Under the pieces are notes generated by a model. The model did no database searches and was not told the DNA's origin. It saw nothing but the letters and a program-made list of their open reading frames with translations. Made by a program: the position numbers and the translations under genes. A stretch of DNA of 64,000 nt, the filler included. It is 10 parts of 10 records of this genome, joined end to end, with 100 filler letters (N's around TTAATTAATTAA, not from the genome) between each part and the next. Parts side by side here need not be neighbours in the genome. Positions count along the whole stretch, not along the records: positions 58,911 to 64,000 come from SRR31147125_171014; 9 more parts are not named here. One strand, written 5' to 3'. Below, in pieces: positions 58,911 through 64,000 of the stretch (position 1 is the stretch's first letter; each line of letters begins with the position of its first letter).

Positions 58911-59649
58911 AAAACCCCTTGCCTGTCAACATTCCAGACCCGATGGCAATTTTAGATTGAATGATATGATAACCGGCCCCCAGCGGATCCCGGTCAGGAT
59001 TTAAAAATGTTAGGATGCGCTGCTTCTGATAACCTTTCAGAAACGACCACACCACCGGCACGGCCAGCGCACCGGTGGCAATCAATCCAATCAAGGTTCG
59101 CCTCTCAATCTTGACATAGATCGTCATGGATGCGGCGATCAATGCAACCACCATGGCAGTTCCCAGATCGGGCTGGCGGACTATCAGAACGAATGGAACG
59201 GCGGTAATAAGCACAGGTGTAAAGAGCTCCCTTAAATGGAGCCCCTCGGTCCTCACCATGCGGGCATAGTACTTGGCCAGCATGATGATGACAGCGAGTT
59301 TCACCATCTCCGAAGGCTGGATTGAGACCGGCCCCATGACAAGCCAGCGCTTGGATCCCCCTACATATTTTCCAAACAGCAGCACAGCGACCAAAAGCGC
59401 GATGCAGAGAAAATATAAAAGATGCCCCCAGTGCTCGTACACTTTGAAATTGATAAGAAAAGCGGTGATCATAACGACCGTGCCGGCACTACACCAAACC
59501 AGCTGCCGGGTAAATATTCCGGCCTGTATCGTCCCGCCGCCGGCATGAACGGCGCTGTAGAGGGCCACCAGACCAAGGGCGACGGCAGCACCTGTCAGTG
59601 CCAGCATCCACCAGTCAAAGTACTCCACCAATCGTCGGTCAATCATCAT
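58911..59649 (-). CDS. rodA: Rod shape-determining protein RodA (3' truncated)
   Basis: IQPSE, QPDLGT and GYHIIQSKIAIGSG; operon context. Confidence 0.93.
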
Positions 59650-61600
59650 GGTCGACCACCTCGCGCGTTGTCGGGATTTGAGATGCCGGCGGCTCCTTCG
59701 TTGTCAGAAGCGTCTTTCGGCCGGGAGCACTTGAACCGCCAAGGCCCGGAGTAATCTTCAACGATCCTTTCGAATCAGGGACGAGTAAGGATTCACCTAA
59801 ATAAGTCTTGATCATTTCGCTGGCCACCGGTGCCGCTGCAGAGGAGCCATGCTCCCCATGTTCGATGATGACCGCAATCGCTATCTTGGGATCTTCAGAA
59901 GGTGCATATGCAACAAACCATGCATGGTCTTTGGGCAGCATCTCCTTAGCTTCCTCTGACAGGCTATTGGCCTTTGGCATGGAGACGACCTGGGCGGTAC
60001 CGGTTTTTCCTGAAAACGGAATTCCTTCAATGCGCGATTGATAGGCAGTGCCTTTGGGTTCGTTGACCACACTCCATAAGGATTGGCGGACAAGAGATAA
60101 GGTCTCCGGTTTCATTTCGATCTCTCCGGCCTGAATAGGGCTGTTGTGCAAGGCAACCAAACCATCTGCGGACTGTATTCTCTCTATCACAAACGGCTTA
60201 TATCTTTTGCCGCCGTTTCCCACTGTGGCCGCCAAAGAAGCCATTTGCAACGGCGTTACCAGATTAAACCCCTGACCAATGGCAATCGACAGCGTTTCCC
60301 CTGCCAGGGGGTCCGAAACCGCTTCATTTTCCACTCTCGTGTAGGAATCAACCCTTTGGCCTCCCGGTCGAGCGATATTCCTGTCGGAGCGCCCAACCCG
60401 AAAGCCGTTGCATACTTTGCCAGCCGATCCACACCCACAGCCTCACCCACCTGATAGAAATAGACATCACAGGACTGGGCCAAAGCCTTGACCAAACTAA
60501 CATCGCCATGCCCACCGCGCTTCCAGCATCTATAGACGCGGTTGCCATACCTGTAGAAACCAGGACAATGGAACACGGTATCGGCATCAATCACCTTCTC
60601 TTCCAGTCCGGCGATGGCGGTCACAATTTTATAGGTTGAGGCGGGCGGATACTCAGCTTGTGTGGCCTTGTTTTCCAACGGTCTGAAGGGATTTGAGATC
60701 AATTCACGCCACTGGTCACGCGTCATGCCGGTTACAAAAAGATTAGGATCGAAGGAGGGGTTGCTGGCCATCGCCAGAATGCGCCCCGTTTCAGGCTCCA
60801 TGGCCACAGCTGCACCGGCACGGTCCTGCAGCAACGCTTCGGCCCTCTTTTGCAGCTTTTCATCAATGGTGAGATAGATATTCTTTCCCGGCTCCGCCAT
60901 CACTGTATCCAGGATGCGTACGACCTGCCCAGTGGCAGTTACCTCCACCTGCCGACCACCGCGCACCCCCCGCAGGTGTGACTCATAGGCTTTCTCTATA
61001 CCGAATTTGCCGATATAATCGCCCCCTTACAATCCTCATAAGGGGTGCACTGCAGCTCCTCCTGGCTGATCTCACCCATATAACCGAGCAGATGGGAGGC
61101 GTGGGCACCATATATGTAGTGCCGCCTTGGTGATACATGCACGATAACACCGGGCAGTTCATATTGGTGGACCTCAATCGCCGCCATGGTGTCACGGCCG
61201 ATATCCTCCCGAAGCAACACAGGGGTATAGCCACCACGTTTCTTGCTGGTTCGAATGGTCTCTCTCAGACCATCGGGAGACTCCCCATCAGTCCGGCCAG
61301 TCTCTCCAGGGTCTGGTCGAGCGGCTTGGCATCCTTCAGAATGATATAGGCGTTGAAGGAAGGCCTGTTATCGACCAGTGTGGTGCCGTTACGATCATAG
61401 ATGATGCCACGCGGGGCATCGATGTCCTGCAGACGGATGCTGTTGATCTCGGAGAGGCGCCGAAGCTCCTTACCCTCAAATACTTGCAGGTAGAGCAGAC
61501 GAACAGCCAAAACCGTGAAGGCTGCAAGCACAACCGCCAGCACCCCAACAAGACGCTGGTTGAACCATTCAGTATCGACGCTTTCAAGGTAGGTACGCAT
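59639..61600 (-). CDS. mrdA: Penicillin-binding protein 2 (several frameshifts)
   Basis: APRGIIYDRNG, PPASTYK, SCDVYFY, GKTGTAQ and DHAWF. Confidence 0.9.
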
Positions 61601-61649
61601 AGGGTGCGGGGTCTTTGCCGTGCCGTCCGGTTATAGGAGATGCCTCTGG

Positions 61650-62161
61650 TTACAGATCAACAAATATTTTCGCCCTCCAAAGATCGAGCTTTTTCTGGGC
61701 CCATCCGATGATCACCAATATCAGCGGCCCGGTAATCAATGCCCAAAGGATTTGCAGAATCACGGTACCGAGGGTGTCGACCGGAATACTGGCACTGGGC
61801 GCCAGGAAAGCCATATAGCCCAGCAGGACCAATATCTCAAACACAACACCGATCGCCACAGCCAGGGAGAGCAGGAAGACGCTTCCGGTATATAGAAACT
61901 GAGCAGCCCAACGCATCCCAATATAGAGCCAGATATAAATAGCCAGGTAGAGCCCCATTGGACCGCCACACAGGCTGTCCATAATGAGTCCGAAGAAGAT
62001 GACGATGGGAAAACCTTCGAGTTTAGAGCGAAAAAACTCAGGTAGATGAGGATCGGTATGAGAAGATCGTAAAATTTATCAAAAAGAAGCATCCCCGGAA
62101 TCAAAGTGGTTTTGACGAGTACCAGGCAAAGAGAGACCAGTATGTAGAATAGGATGGTCAT
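61650..62161 (-). CDS. mreD: Rod shape-determining protein MreD (frameshift near 62030)
   Basis: Hydrophobic protein located between mreC and mrdA. Confidence 0.78.
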
Positions 62162-62985
62162 AAACTATCAGCCGATGATGACAAAGGGACAATGAGCACC
62201 TCTTCCAATCGCTCAAAATCGACGTACGGAGTCACCGTTACATCCTGGAAAATACCCGCCTCCTTCTTAACGATCTCCGCCACCTCGCCGATGGGCATTC
62301 CTTTGGGGAAGACACCGTCCATACCCGAAGAGACGATGCTGTCGCCCGTCTTCAGTTCGTGTTTCCTAAGGACATAATTAAAAACACAATACCCGGAGGT
62401 TCCCCCTTTGATGATCCCTCTTGCGCGACTCTTCTGAACGATTGCGTCTACGGCGCTATTGGGATCAGTGATCAACATCACCTTGGCGTAGCGGGCTGTC
62501 GCCTCAACGATGAGTCCAACCACTCCCTGGGGGTTGATCACGGGAAAACCGATCTCGACACCATTTTCACGCCCCTTATCTATGAGTATGCTCTGAAACC
62601 AGGGTGACGGATCTTTTCCGACCACCTGTGCGGCAACAACGGGCCGTTGCATCTCCTGCCCCAGATCGAAGAGCTGTCTCAAACGGTTATTGGCCTGCAA
62701 CAACTCTTCGTTGCGGTGGGCAAGCTCAAACGATTTTTGCGCCTCCCGGCGCAAGCGTTCATTCTCCTCGGCAACCGACACCAGAAAAAAGTAGTGTTCC
62801 CAGATATCGCGCATAAACCGAGAGGTGTGGCTGATTAGCTTCTGGAATGGGGATACCAGGGCAATGGCGAGTCGCCCAGCACCATGGGCCGGATAGGGTT
62901 GCCGGCTGCTCAGGGACAAGAGCATGATGCTGATTGTGATCAGTACGATTAGACCAATAATGATCGCCATTTGTTTGGAGAACAT
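62158..62985 (-). CDS. mreC: Rod shape-determining protein MreC
   Basis: TM helix, coiled coil, IDKG and SSGMDGVFPKG. Confidence 0.92.
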   Translation of the reverse strand: MFSKQMAIIIGLIVLITISIMLLSLSSRQPYPAHGAGRLAIALVSPFQKLISHTSRFMRDIWEHYFFLVSVAEENERLRREAQKSFELAHRNEELLQANNRLRQLFDLGQEMQRPVVAAQVVGKDPSPWFQSILIDKGRENGVEIGFPVINPQGVVGLIVEATARYAKVMLITDPNSAVDAIVQKSRARGIIKGGTSGYCVFNYVLRKHELKTGDSIVSSGMDGVFPKGMPIGEVAEIVKKEAGIFQDVTVTPYVDFERLEEVLIVPLSSSADSL

Positions 62986-62989
62986 TGAA

Positions 62990-64000
<1,011 letters not shown>

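Overview
The window is not one locus. It is ten unrelated contigs of about 5-9 kb, joined by nine 100-bp linkers (N-run, TTAATTAATTAA, N-run). Contig 1 (1-5225) is a compact, intron-rich microbial eukaryote: an acidic protein with a saposin-like tail, CHK1 and condensin CND1/NCAPD2. The other nine are bacterial and mostly anaerobic, probably from anoxic sediment (inference). (2) ttrB/ttrA-like molybdoenzyme genes and the start of PFOR. (3) GH92 and a T9SS-tail protein. (4) Bacteroidota peptidoglycan-recycling genes. (5) A sugar-acid operon and a hybrid kinase. (6) zupT, fhs and an [FeFe]-hydrogenase whose beta subunit is a NuoF-GltD fusion, plus a GntR regulator. (7) DUF4838, a radical SAM protein, a CoA-transferase-GNAT fusion and MlaD. 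(8) M48 peptidase, NUDIX, a sigma54 promoter and a Wzt-like ATPase/HprK-like/PqqD/S24-S26 peptidase/radical SAM cassette. (9) hypFCDE-protease-hypAB, hemC and a two-component system. (10) mreBCD-mrdA-rodA. Many genes, including essential ones, carry single-base indels, mostly at homopolymers, which I treat as sequencing error. The best candidates for new biology are the RiPP-like cassette with a possible Cys-containing precursor ORF (contig 8), the HydB-GltD hydrogenase (contig 6) and the E2F/CDE-CHR bidirectional promoter between CHK1 and CND1 (contig 1). All family calls come from motif recognition by eye; no database searches were run.
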